A stretch of DNA of 64,000 nucleotides, taken from a virus. The notes beneath the pieces were generated by a model that saw nothing but the letters and a program-made list of their open reading frames with translations, ran no database searches and was not told the origin of the DNA. The position numbers and the translations under genes are program-made. The stretch is from the IMG/VR virus record IMGVR_UViG_3300049914_000251, positions 1 through 64,000 of that record. The stretch is one strand, 5' to 3'. Positions 47,268-54,848 of the stretch are shown here, in pieces (within the stretch, counting starts at the first letter, position 1; every line of letters starts with the position of its first letter).

Positions 47268-47933
47268 TCAGCTTTTCTTCGCTCTAAAACTGGCCTTAAC
47301 ATCTGACTTAAATAATCCCATGCTATAAGGTTCATGCAACACCAGATCGCTAGGTGTTGCAACCGCATCCGCCAGCCCATATTCCACAGCTTCCTCACCG
47401 GTTAAATAAAACTCCCTGTCGATGTCACGAAGTATCTGCTTCCTGCTTTTCTTAACTCCGCATTCGCAAAGGATCCTGACCAGAGTCTCCTTCATTTTCT
47501 CCATCTGAATAGCCTCTATCTTAGCCTGCTTAACATCACCCTCGATATTTCCCGACGGCAGATGCAACATAATTGTGCTATTCGGAAACACATACCGATG
47601 CCCTTTAGTACCGGCAGCCAGTATAATAGCTCCCATACTGACAGCCGTCCGGCCTATGGTATAAACAGGAGCCTTGCAAAGCTTTATTGTATCATACAAC
47701 ATGAGTCCAGTATGTACTGCTCCACCCGGGCTATCTATCACCAGATAAATAGGATCACCGTTACGTTGGTCCAGCTCCCACATACAGTCTGCCACATACA
47801 CCGGAGAAACAGCATCGGCCCTCGGAGGAGTACCTATAATCGGACCATACAGGAACAGCACTCTCCGCATCTGCAACGCCTCCTGCGGCGTCATCATTTG
47901 ATCCATTCTCAATCCATTAGGTCTTTCGAACAT
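47268..47933 (-). CDS. clpP: ClpP-family protease (paralog 2)
   Basis: IDSPGG.V..GL..YD, AVSMGA, MLHLPSG, DREFYLT.EEAVEYGL. Confidence 0.93.
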   Translation of the reverse strand: MFERPNGLRMDQMMTPQEALQMRRVLFLYGPIIGTPPRADAVSPVYVADCMWELDQRNGDPIYLVIDSPGGAVHTGLMLYDTIKLCKAPVYTIGRTAVSMGAIILAAGTKGHRYVFPNSTIMLHLPSGNIEGDVKQAKIEAIQMEKMKETLVRILCECGVKKSRKQILRDIDREFYLTGEEAVEYGLADAVATPSDLVLHEPYSMGLFKSDVKASFRAKKS

Positions 47934-48480
47934 CTTCTCCTCCTACCATATAAGTTCCTAAATCGTATAAACGCCACATACCTGAATACGCATAATGTCC
48001 TACAGCTGCCCACACATCAAACGTTTTATTGCCGCTGTCAACATTTTCCTTCAACACTTCCAGCTTAAATCCAATGCCCTTAGAATCAGAAGCATCTTCC
48101 AATACCTTAACTTCAGCAACGTAAAAATCCTCTTTATACGTATACTGCTGCCCCACCGAGACTACTCCATCTTTGGTACATATCTGGTTATGCTCGTACT
48201 TCATGCCTTCTATTTTTGCCAGCTCTAACACCAGATGAGTACCGTTTCCCAGCCTCATCTTATCCTCCACCACTTCCCTAATTTCATATTTATCCTCCTC
48301 AAACTCCAAAACATCCCCCGGCTTAATGCCTTTTTTGTCGTAAACAGCAGCTAACCACCGTACGCCGTACCCACTAATATTGCACGCCTGCCACGGATAC
48401 TTGGCTATGACCCATAAAGTATAACGAGTTAATAAAGACTCTTTAGCCCGGTCCCCAAAAAACAACTTCCAGAGTTTCAT
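47917..48480 (-). CDS. hypothetical protein
   Basis: coupled ORF. Confidence 0.55.
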   Translation of the reverse strand: MKLWKLFFGDRAKESLLTRYTLWVIAKYPWQACNISGYGVRWLAAVYDKKGIKPGDVLEFEEDKYEIREVVEDKMRLGNGTHLVLELAKIEGMKYEHNQICTKDGVVSVGQQYTYKEDFYVAEVKVLEDASDSKGIGFKLEVLKENVDSGNKTFDVWAAVGHYAYSGMWRLYDLGTYMVGGEDVRKT

Positions 48481-48809
48481 ACTATCGTTCTCCAGTCCTT
48501 CTCAGTAAACTTAGCTGCCTCAGCTCGAAACACCTTCCTGACTCTCTGCAGTTCATCTGCATTTCGCCTCGGCCTCTTAATGACCATCATCTCCTCTTCT
48601 GCATCCATACCGGCCTGCTGATCTTCTATCTTTCGCTTCATCTTCTGTTCTTGATGATGCCTCCGTAAACTCGGTTTCTCAAAATACTGCCTCTGAGAAA
48701 GCTCACTTAATACCCCGGCTTCCTGAACGGATCTATTGAAACGCCTCAGCAAATGTTCAAACGACTCATCATTATATCCGTCCACATACACTATTGCTTT
48801 TTTACCCAC
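48477..48809 (-). CDS. rpsU: ribosomal protein bS21 homolog with C-terminal extension
   Basis: ESFEHLLRRFNRSVQEAGVLSEL..RQYFEKPS. Confidence 0.88.
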   Translation of the reverse strand: MGKKAIVYVDGYNDESFEHLLRRFNRSVQEAGVLSELSQRQYFEKPSLRRHHQEQKMKRKIEDQQAGMDAEEEMMVIKRPRRNADELQRVRKVFRAEAAKFTEKDWRTIV

Positions 48810-48828
48810 TATAACCCTCCATTATAGC

Positions 48829-49080
48829 TTATACCGCCGCCGGAACTTTCTTTTCGCATTCAGCCTTCAACTTCTCAGCCGCCAGCTGATTAGCCAGCCT
48901 CTGTTCAGGAGTCATCTTAGCCAGGAATTCCATAATATGCTTTCTCTGCTCTTCCTGTGCCCTTACAGGATACATAGACCTGCACTGAGGACACACGCCT
49001 GTGATCTCAACTAGCTCCTGCTTATTAGCATCCAAACCTTCACAAGAACAAACCCGACATTTCTTATTTTTGATTGTCAT
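48829..49080 (-). CDS. hypothetical zinc-binding protein
   Basis: CRVC..CPQC. Confidence 0.5.
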   Translation of the reverse strand: MTIKNKKCRVCSCEGLDANKQELVEITGVCPQCRSMYPVRAQEEQRKHIMEFLAKMTPEQRLANQLAAEKLKAECEKKVPAAV

Positions 49081-49402
49081 CTTTTACCTCGCCACGATAA
49101 TATGATGTGAACGCTCCTACTACACCAGCCATCTCATCGATCCAGTACAATACCTCATGCAATCCGCTGGCATGACCTTCGGACCATGCATATGCAAACA
49201 ACTTATTAAACCCATCGGGACAATCGACTCCGACCTTAGTAACCACAAGTTGCCTGCAATCGGCCTTGAACAGTTCTACCAGTCTACCCTCTTCCGCATG
49301 ATACGCAAGATACTTGTCCCGACTTTCCTTCATCGTACTGAAGGGTTTTGTATTAAGATACCTACCGCCCTCTATGAACGCTATCACGTCATCATATGTC
49401 AT
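49064..49402 (-). CDS. conserved phage hypothetical protein
   Basis: FKAD...LF.YAW.EGHA.G..EV pattern. Confidence 0.55.
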   Translation of the reverse strand: MTYDDVIAFIEGGRYLNTKPFSTMKESRDKYLAYHAEEGRLVELFKADCRQLVVTKVGVDCPDGFNKLFAYAWSEGHASGLHEVLYWIDEMAGVVGAFTSYYRGEVKDDNQK

Positions 49403-49448
49403 TTCAAACCCTCCAAAATGTCCGCTACTTCGCAATTTAAGATATAGA

Positions 49449-50207
49449 CTAAACCCAGGCGGGCTTTTTGTCCGCATCTGGAAGCCCCGCTATAAAATCC
49501 ACCACGCTTTGTGGCAGCGCCTTTTTCTTCCATCCGGTCCCGTACCCGTAACCGCACACCGGACATTTCTTACCCAGAACTCCCTCAGGATGTTCCTCTT
49601 CCCTTATCCAGCCACACGTCTCCGTCTTTTTCCGGTCATACACATAATTATCTTCAACTGCTTCCCTCAGCAGAGCATACTCATCTTCCCCCGGCAGTGC
49701 AACAGTATAAGGCAGCTTCAACAACACCCGTGTTTCAACTGGAATAAGAATAGGCTCTCCCGCAATCGCAGCGTCCAAAATTTCCTTTTTAGCATCTTCC
49801 TGCTTTTTCAGCACATTGGCCTGCAGCCTATAAAAGATGACCGTTATTCTTTTCTTACCCCACCGTTCGGCCTGTTGATGCTCGCAACCGGCCTGCATGT
49901 CATTCATATGCCACGCTTTCCAAATCCCAAGCAGATCAAACCACTTCTCTTTATCCCACCCCGGAGCGAAAGAAATGTCTTCTGCTTTTGTCGGAGCGGT
50001 ATATCGATAATCATTATCCTCAGGATTACGATGCTCAAACTCCATATCAATCTGCCCACAACCGCCCAAAGCGTTACCACTTTTCAAAGGTCCTATTACT
50101 CCGCTTAAGGACAGGACACCGTCTTTGATTTCAGCTGTCACGAACACGTCAGCATGCCGCCCATGTATGTTATGATTGATGATGCCTATTCTCATTACCT
50201 TCTTCAA
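49449..50207 (-). CDS. conserved phage hypothetical protein
   Basis: GCGQI, W..WH.NDM.AGC.HQ, CPVCGYGYG.GW. Confidence 0.65.
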   Translation of the reverse strand: MKKVMRIGIINHNIHGRHADVFVTAEIKDGVLSLSGVIGPLKSGNALGGCGQIDMEFEHRNPEDNDYRYTAPTKAEDISFAPGWDKEKWFDLLGIWKAWHMNDMQAGCEHQQAERWGKKRITVIFYRLQANVLKKQEDAKKEILDAAIAGEPILIPVETRVLLKLPYTVALPGEDEYALLREAVEDNYVYDRKKTETCGWIREEEHPEGVLGKKCPVCGYGYGTGWKKKALPQSVVDFIAGLPDADKKPAWV

Positions 50208-50209
50208 TC

Positions 50210-50337
50210 TTACCCCTTCCTTTTATCTGCATCTGCGTACCAGTTCAAAGCTCCGCACGTCTTGCAGTCACACAATTACCATCAGTAGTCTTAACTGTGT
50301 TGATACCACCGCATTGCCCACACACATTCTTATTCAT
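50210..50337 (-). pseudogene. frameshifted zinc-ribbon microprotein, paralog of 9593..9781
   Basis: CGQCGGINTVK in one frame, CKTCGALNW in the adjacent frame. Confidence 0.5.
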
Positions 50338-50911
50338 CGAATAAACCTTTCTCCACCCTTTCGGTAGCGAATAGTGTCACGTATCCCTCACCGCCACCTA
50401 TTGCCAGCCGCTCATAATCCACGGCTACCCTACACCCGGAATCTATCAGCTCGAGCGCCTTATCGCAAAACTGCTTCGCCGTTTCCTTACTGGTCACCTT
50501 GAAATCTATAAACCCACGTACCTTTTCGTAACCGCGCTCTTCCAGGTTCCCCCTATTGAAAAACATGCCCGGAATCCTGCATTGCTCAAACTCAGCTCTT
50601 GACAGTCCATTCTTAAAAATGTCCGCCTCGTAGCACTTCAGACAAATCTCCTCACCATCTTCCATCATATGAACGTAACTATGCCAACCGTTATGTGGAC
50701 ATTGCCTAATCACTACCCGGTCGCAATTCTCACAGATAAAATACCGGAAATCTCCCCACCCAGTATCAAAAAGTAAATCCTGACAACTCTCACCCCTATG
50801 ATTTGGATATTCCTTAACAAACGCCCTTGGCACGTTCTGATGAAGATACACTACCTTAGGTTCTTCCTGCCAAGGATCGTCATAAACCTCAAGTTTATAC
50901 ATCCTGCGCAC
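50330..50911 (-). CDS. hypothetical protein
   Basis: CENC..CLKC. Confidence 0.6.
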   Translation of the reverse strand: MRRMYKLEVYDDPWQEEPKVVYLHQNVPRAFVKEYPNHRGESCQDLLFDTGWGDFRYFICENCDRVVIRQCPHNGWHSYVHMMEDGEEICLKCYEADIFKNGLSRAEFEQCRIPGMFFNRGNLEERGYEKVRGFIDFKVTSKETAKQFCDKALELIDSGCRVAVDYERLAIGGGEGYVTLFATERVEKGLFDE

Positions 50912-51055
50912 ACTACCAGACCTTATGGAAAGCCTCTTTCAAAACCTCTAACCGTTCCAGCTCCGCAACCTCGTCCGGAGTCAGCTTCCTTGTTTTCCGC
51001 GTCTCCCGAAGCCACGCCAGCCTCTTACCTTTATCCTGCATCAAAAACCTCCTGT

Positions 51056-51403
51056 CTATCTCTCCGGTGGCGTCTCGTTATTTCTCCCGTGGCTCCTTAC
51101 AAACAATCCTCTTACTGCCTCAACCTGGGCAGGGTCATTAATCTTCTTTAATAAAGTCGCAGACACGTTCCAACGCGTACCATCATCGACCGCAACCTTA
51201 ATACATGTCTTACCTAACCGGTTCACCGTTCCCCTGATAAGCGTACCTCTGCCCTTGAACTCCACCCGGTCTCCTACGCTGAACGCAAACTTGGCTAACT
51301 GTTGCTTATTTCTCCAAGCCTCTTTCAGAATAGAGCCAGCCTCATGCAGCTCATCAGAAGTCGCACCTACCAACATCTCGAACAATTTAGCCTTATCTAA
51401 CAT
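51056..51403 (-). CDS. small SH3-like beta-barrel protein
   Basis: FSVGDRVEF..G.V..LG...KV.....WNV. Confidence 0.55.
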   Translation of the reverse strand: MLDKAKLFEMLVGATSDELHEAGSILKEAWRNKQQLAKFAFSVGDRVEFKGRGTLIRGTVNRLGKTCIKVAVDDGTRWNVSATLLKKINDPAQVEAVRGLFVRSHGRNNETPPER

Positions 51404-51434
51404 CTCGCACTTCCTTCTAGATCTCCCTACTAAT

Positions 51435-51463
51435 ATACTACCATAAAGCTTATACGATGTCAA
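51435..51463 (-). promoter_or_regulatory. sigma70-type promoter
   Basis: TTGACA-N17-TAGTAT with TG extension. Confidence 0.7.
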
Positions 51464-51470
51464 ATGAAGC

Positions 51471-51547
51471 TGGTCGGAGTGGAAGGAATCAAACCTCCGA
51501 CAATATGGCCCCGAACCATACGCTCTATCAAACTGAGCTACACTCCG
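51471..51547 (-). tRNA. tRNA-Pro(CGG)
   Basis: Loop TTCGGGG, CCA. Confidence 0.88.
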
Positions 51548-51551
51548 ATTG

Positions 51552-51623
51552 TGGGTCTGGTAGGATTTGAACCTACGACAGTCTGCTTAAGAGGCAGCTG
51601 CTCTACCCCTGAGCTACAAACCC
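51552..51623 (-). tRNA. tRNA-Lys(CTT)
   Basis: Loop CTCTTAA; no encoded CCA. Confidence 0.9.
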
Positions 51624-51625
51624 AA

Positions 51626-51699
51626 TGGTGGAGGTAACAGGAATCGAACCCGCGTCTACTCGGTGCAAACGAGTCGTTCTCCCTCTGAACTATACCCCC
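51626..51699 (-). tRNA. tRNA-Ala(TGC)
   Basis: Loop TTTGCAC, G3:U70, CCA. Confidence 0.92.
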
Positions 51700-51701
51700 G
51701 G

Positions 51702-51773
51702 TTGGCACGGAAGGAGTTAAACCTTCTTCCCCGATTTATAAGATCGGAGCACTGTTCGTTGTGCTACATGCCA
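51702..51773 (-). tRNA. tRNA-Ile(TAT)
   Basis: Arm CCGAT-CTTATAA-ATCGG; no complete CCA. Confidence 0.82.
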
Positions 51774-51775
51774 TT

Positions 51776-51849
51776 AGATGGTGAGTGGAATCGGACCACC
51801 TTATAATAGTTTTGCAGACTACCGCCTATACCATTCGAGCCACACCATC
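51776..51849 (-). tRNA. tRNA-Cys(GCA)
   Basis: Loop CTGCAAA, U73; no CCA. Confidence 0.85.
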
Positions 51850-51852
51850 ATG

Positions 51853-51924
51853 AGTGAGAGGAGGGATTCAAACCCTCGATATCCTACATGGCAAGCAGGT
51901 GTTCTATCGCTGAACTACTCCCAC
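51853..51924 (-). tRNA. tRNA-Gly(GCC)
   Basis: Loop TTGCCAT; no complete CCA. Confidence 0.85.
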
Positions 51925-51927
51925 ATG

Positions 51928-51999
51928 TTGGCCTGGTAAGACTCGAACTTACGACCCCTGCTTTATCAGAGCAGTGCTTTACCCCTAAGCTACAAGCCA
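51928..51999 (-). tRNA. tRNA-Ile(GAT)
   Basis: Loop CTGATAA; no complete CCA. Confidence 0.9.
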
Positions 52000-52008
52000 G
52001 TCTATAAG

Positions 52009-52079
52009 TAGGCACTATACGACTTGAACGTATACCCTACAGGTTCAAAGCCTGTTGCTCTGCATTGAGCTAAGTGCCT
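52009..52079 (-). tRNA. tRNA-Gln(TTG)
   Basis: Loop CTTTGAA; A1-U72; no CCA. Confidence 0.85.
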
Positions 52080-52083
52080 TATG

Positions 52084-52156
52084 TAGTCCCTGTAGGACTC
52101 GAACCTACAACCTCTTCCTTGTAAGGGAAAAGCTCTGTCCATTGAGCTAAGGGACT
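52084..52156 (-). tRNA. tRNA-Val(TAC)
   Basis: Loop CTTACAA; no complete CCA. Confidence 0.9.
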
Positions 52157-52158
52157 AT

Positions 52159-52233
52159 TGGCAGCAGAGGCAGGGGTCGAACCTGCAACCATCTCGTTAA
52201 CAGCGAGCCGCTCAACCATTGAGCTACTCTGCT
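52159..52233 (-). tRNA. tRNA-Asn(GTT)
   Basis: Loop CTGTTAA, CCA. Confidence 0.9.
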
Positions 52234-52235
52234 AT

Positions 52236-52310
52236 TGGTGCTCCCAACAGGATTTGAACCTGTGTCCTTAGATTGAGAATCTAACGTCCTAACCACTAGA
52301 CTATGAGAGC
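52236..52310 (-). tRNA. tRNA-Glu(CTC)
   Basis: Loop TTCTCAA, CCA. Confidence 0.92.
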
Positions 52311-52311
52311 A

Positions 52312-52387
52312 TGGCGCACCCAGAGGGAGTCGGACCCTCCACCACTCGGTTGACAGCCGAGCATTCTAACCGCTGAACTATGAGTGC
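52312..52387 (-). tRNA. tRNA-Asp(GTC)
   Basis: Loop CTGTCAA, CCA. Confidence 0.9.
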
Positions 52388-52388
52388 A

Positions 52389-52476
52389 TGGCGGGAAGTA
52401 CAGGATTTGAACCTGTGAGACTGTTACATCTAAAGATTTAGCAAACCTTCTCAATAAGCCACTCTGACAACCAATA
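52389..52476 (-). pseudogene. tRNA-Ser(GCT) with destroyed 5' acceptor strand
   Basis: D, anticodon (TTGCTAA), variable and T arms intact, 3' end ACTTCCC-G-CCA; 5' strand is TATTGGT instead of GGGAAGT. Confidence 0.75.
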
Positions 52477-52477
52477 T

Positions 52478-52495
52478 ATTCAGTTGTTAATGTTC
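52478..52495 (-). promoter_or_regulatory. boxA-like antitermination element inside the tRNA array
   Basis: GAACATTAACAACTGAAT resembles rrn spacer boxA sequences (recalled consensus). Confidence 0.4.
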
Positions 52496-52569
52496 TGGTA
52501 CAGGCAGGAGGAATCAGACCTCCGTTAATCGGTTAAAAGCCGACTGCTTTATCACTAAGCTATACCTGC
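52496..52569 (-). tRNA. tRNA-Lys(TTT)
   Basis: Loop CTTTTAA, CCA. Confidence 0.88.
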
Positions 52570-52572
52570 ACA

Positions 52573-52648
52573 TGGCTGGCTCTATACGACTTGAACGTAT
52601 AACCCCTAGCTTCAGAGGCTAGTGCTCTGCCAATTGAGCTAAGAGCCA
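52573..52648 (-). tRNA. tRNA-Gln(CTG)
   Basis: Loop CTCTGAA, U1-A72, CCA. Confidence 0.9.
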
Positions 52649-52650
52649 AT

Positions 52651-52723
52651 AGCCCTCGACAGGACTTGAACCTGCGACCGTATGTTTAGGAAACATCCTC
52701 TCTTCCAACTGAGATACGAGGGC
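52651..52723 (-). tRNA. tRNA-Arg(CCT)
   Basis: Loop TTCCTAA; no CCA. Confidence 0.9.
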
Positions 52724-52724
52724 A

Positions 52725-52801
52725 TGGCATCCTCGGTGGGAGTCGGACCCACGACCCACGGTTTAGAAAACCGCTGCTCTAATCCTCTGAGCTACGAGGA
52801 C
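52725..52801 (-). tRNA. tRNA-Arg(TCT)
   Basis: Loop TTTCTAA, CCA. Confidence 0.9.
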
Positions 52802-52808
52802 AGAAATA

Positions 52809-52884
52809 TGGTGCTGGAGAGTGGAATTGGACCACCTACCCTCCCGTCTTCGGCGGGATGCTACTACCGATGAGCTACCCCAGC
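52809..52884 (-). tRNA. tRNA-Phe(GAA)
   Basis: Arm TCCCG-CCGAAGA-CGGGA (C33), CCA. Confidence 0.8.
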
Positions 52885-52887
52885 ACA

Positions 52888-52964
52888 TGGAAGGGATAGA
52901 GGGACTTGAACCCTCAACTTTCAGTTTCGAAGACTGCTGCTCTTATCCATTGAGCTATATCCCC
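52888..52964 (-). tRNA. tRNA-Arg(TCG)
   Basis: Loop CTTCGAA, CCA. Confidence 0.9.
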
Positions 52965-52972
52965 AAAATAAG

Positions 52973-53044
52973 TGCCACCAGCGAGATTCGAACTCACCTT
53001 TTCACGTTGAAAGCGTGATATACTAACCACTATGTGATGATGGC
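52973..53044 (-). tRNA. tRNA-Glu(TTC)
   Basis: Loop CTTTCAA; no CCA. Confidence 0.85.
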
Positions 53045-53047
53045 ATG

Positions 53048-53123
53048 TGGAGCTGGAGAGAGGACTTGAACCCCCAACCCGATCATTACAGGTGATCCGC
53101 TCTTCCACTTGAGCTACTCCAGC
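53048..53123 (-). tRNA. tRNA-Thr(TGT)
   Basis: Arm GATCA-CCTGTAA-TGATC (C33), CCA. Confidence 0.88.
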
Positions 53124-53139
53124 CAACAGAAAAGAGATA

Positions 53140-53278
53140 ATAAAGGGCAGGCACGTCAATATCGACCGCTTAACGTCGTGCCTGCCCCTCCGCGAAATAC
53201 TTGGTACGCACTACACTTACTTCTACCATCTCGCACATCCCTCCGTTGCGTACCAAACGGAGCCGTGCCCCCAACTCA
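53140..53278 (-). ncRNA. structured leader or small RNA in front of the tRNA array, ending in a terminator-like hairpin
   Basis: 11-bp GGGCAGGCACG/CGTGCCTGCCC + TTTATT; 10-bp TTGGTACGCA/TGCGTACCAA; alternative CTCCGTT/AACGGAG. Confidence 0.6.
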
Positions 53279-53284
53279 GTCTTT

Positions 53285-53313
53285 AATATACCACATTACT
53301 TATTTCTTGTCAA
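53285..53313 (-). promoter_or_regulatory. sigma70-type promoter of the leader and tRNA array
   Basis: TTGACA-N17-TATATT with TG extension. Confidence 0.75.
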
Positions 53314-53584
53314 GACCCGGAAAAACTTCCCCATTTTCTGCACACTTCTTATCCTCCCACCTGGCAGCCACTTTACGATAGAACTCCAACTTAGCCATCT
53401 CGAGCGCCTTTATAGCATCTCCTATCATATCATAACCCCGCACTCCATAAACAGCTATGAGAAGTTTCGTAATAACATAGTTTACCTTACCATCGATATC
53501 AGGAGAATCAGGAACTAACCTGTAAACCAACTTATCAATAACCTCGTCTAAATAACCCCGCTTCACGTCTTCAATATAAGGCAT
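53300..53584 (-). CDS. conserved phage hypothetical protein
   Basis: MPYI...G..NY.IT.L....E.AKLEFYR.V...ED.K..ENG pattern. Confidence 0.7.
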   Translation of the reverse strand: MPYIEDVKRGYLDEVIDKLVYRLVPDSPDIDGKVNYVITKLLIAVYGVRGYDMIGDAIKALEMAKLEFYRKVAARWEDKKCAENGEVFPGLDKK

Positions 53585-53592
53585 CTCCCCTC

Positions 53593-54288
53593 CTAGCGTG
53601 CCCGGACTTCGACCGGATCCCAATGCTCTGCCCATAAAACTAAAACTTCCACAGCTTCATCTTCGCTGTACACCACTTTTGTAGCATAATGATCCCGCCA
53701 TCCGGAAGGAACACGCTCGCCGTTCGGACCCTGTTTACAAAGAACGCACGTAGGCTTATCCTCCATGAACGTCATGTACCAGAACTCTCCCTGAGTTCCC
53801 CACGATAAATCAGATCCTGTAAGGGTTAGAACCGCGTCGCTCATCCGCATATCATGTAAGTCCCTAGACGTAATTTCCCGCATAGAAAACTTTTCGCTTA
53901 CCTCGGGAATGTCACAGCGTATCTCTTTAAGGTTTCGCAAAAAGCTCTTTCCTCGCATCGGATCCCGCACGGCTATTCCACGCTTTTCAAGCATCTTAGT
54001 AACACGAAGCCGTTGAGCTGACGCTTCCTCAAAAGACAATCCATCTATCCTTCCGGAAAGGTACACAGTAAATGGTCTGCCTGCCTCTATTCTCTTGGCA
54101 TACCGTCTGATTAAATTTACAGCGGACTCTACCGTGTCAGCTACTGCATTCGAATAGACCTGACTAATTAGAGCATATACCGCAGGATCCTCTCCCCCAA
54201 CCTTTCCGGTTAAATCCTTTGGGATCTCTTTCTTAACCAGCTCCTGAATCTTAAATATCAACTCCGTCAATCTTGTTGGATCGGCCAT
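53593..54288 (-). CDS. nucleoside 2-deoxyribosyltransferase-like protein
   Basis: VYLSGRI, DPMRGK, RDL......SDAVL, S.GT..E. Confidence 0.75.
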   Translation of the reverse strand: MADPTRLTELIFKIQELVKKEIPKDLTGKVGGEDPAVYALISQVYSNAVADTVESAVNLIRRYAKRIEAGRPFTVYLSGRIDGLSFEEASAQRLRVTKMLEKRGIAVRDPMRGKSFLRNLKEIRCDIPEVSEKFSMREITSRDLHDMRMSDAVLTLTGSDLSWGTQGEFWYMTFMEDKPTCVLCKQGPNGERVPSGWRDHYATKVVYSEDEAVEVLVLWAEHWDPVEVRAR

Positions 54289-54311
54289 TTAACCTTCCTT
54301 ATTCTAATACA

Positions 54312-54848
54312 CTACCTTCTTACAGGAGGTACTCTCATCCCGGGCTTCACGCCACGAAGAAGTTCGCTTTGTATCCCAGATTTAACCTTCAACTCCTCCT
54401 CTTGCATTTCGAACTGCTTGTTAAGAATATAATTAACGCGAACCTTCAGAAACTCAGCTACCGCCATCATCTGCAAATTCATAACCCCCGGATGAAATCC
54501 AGCTGCCTCTATAGAGAATTGAATAGACTCGGCAGATTTGAACTGGATTATCAACGTAGGCTGCTTCACTTCAGGCTCTACACACGCCGGACAGCTTATT
54601 TCTTTAGTTCCGTTACATGCCGGACACTTGGGATTTGGTTTACTCTTACACACAGGACATTCAAGCTTCTGCTTGCCCTTGCACAGATCGCAAATAGGAG
54701 GGGTCTCTGCCTTAATCTCCCCAGCAACTAACTCTCCCGGCGCTCCCAATTCACCAGGCTCTCCTACCTTTTCCCCAACAGGACCTACCTCAGGCTCCCC
54801 GGCCACAGCTCCCGCACCATCATTGACTTGCACTTTAATCTCTTCCAA
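54312..54848 (-). CDS. protein with DnaJ-type Cys-rich zinc finger
   Basis: CDLCKG, CPVC, CPACNG, CPAC. Confidence 0.6.
   Translation of the reverse strand: MEEIKVQVNDGAGAVAGEPEVGPVGEKVGEPGELGAPGELVAGEIKAETPPICDLCKGKQKLECPVCKSKPNPKCPACNGTKEISCPACVEPEVKQPTLIIQFKSAESIQFSIEAAGFHPGVMNLQMMAVAEFLKVRVNYILNKQFEMQEEELKVKSGIQSELLRGVKPGMRVPPVRR

Noticed and set aside
52682-53159. Short ORFs over the tRNA array
   Set aside because: Fully explained by the tRNA genes
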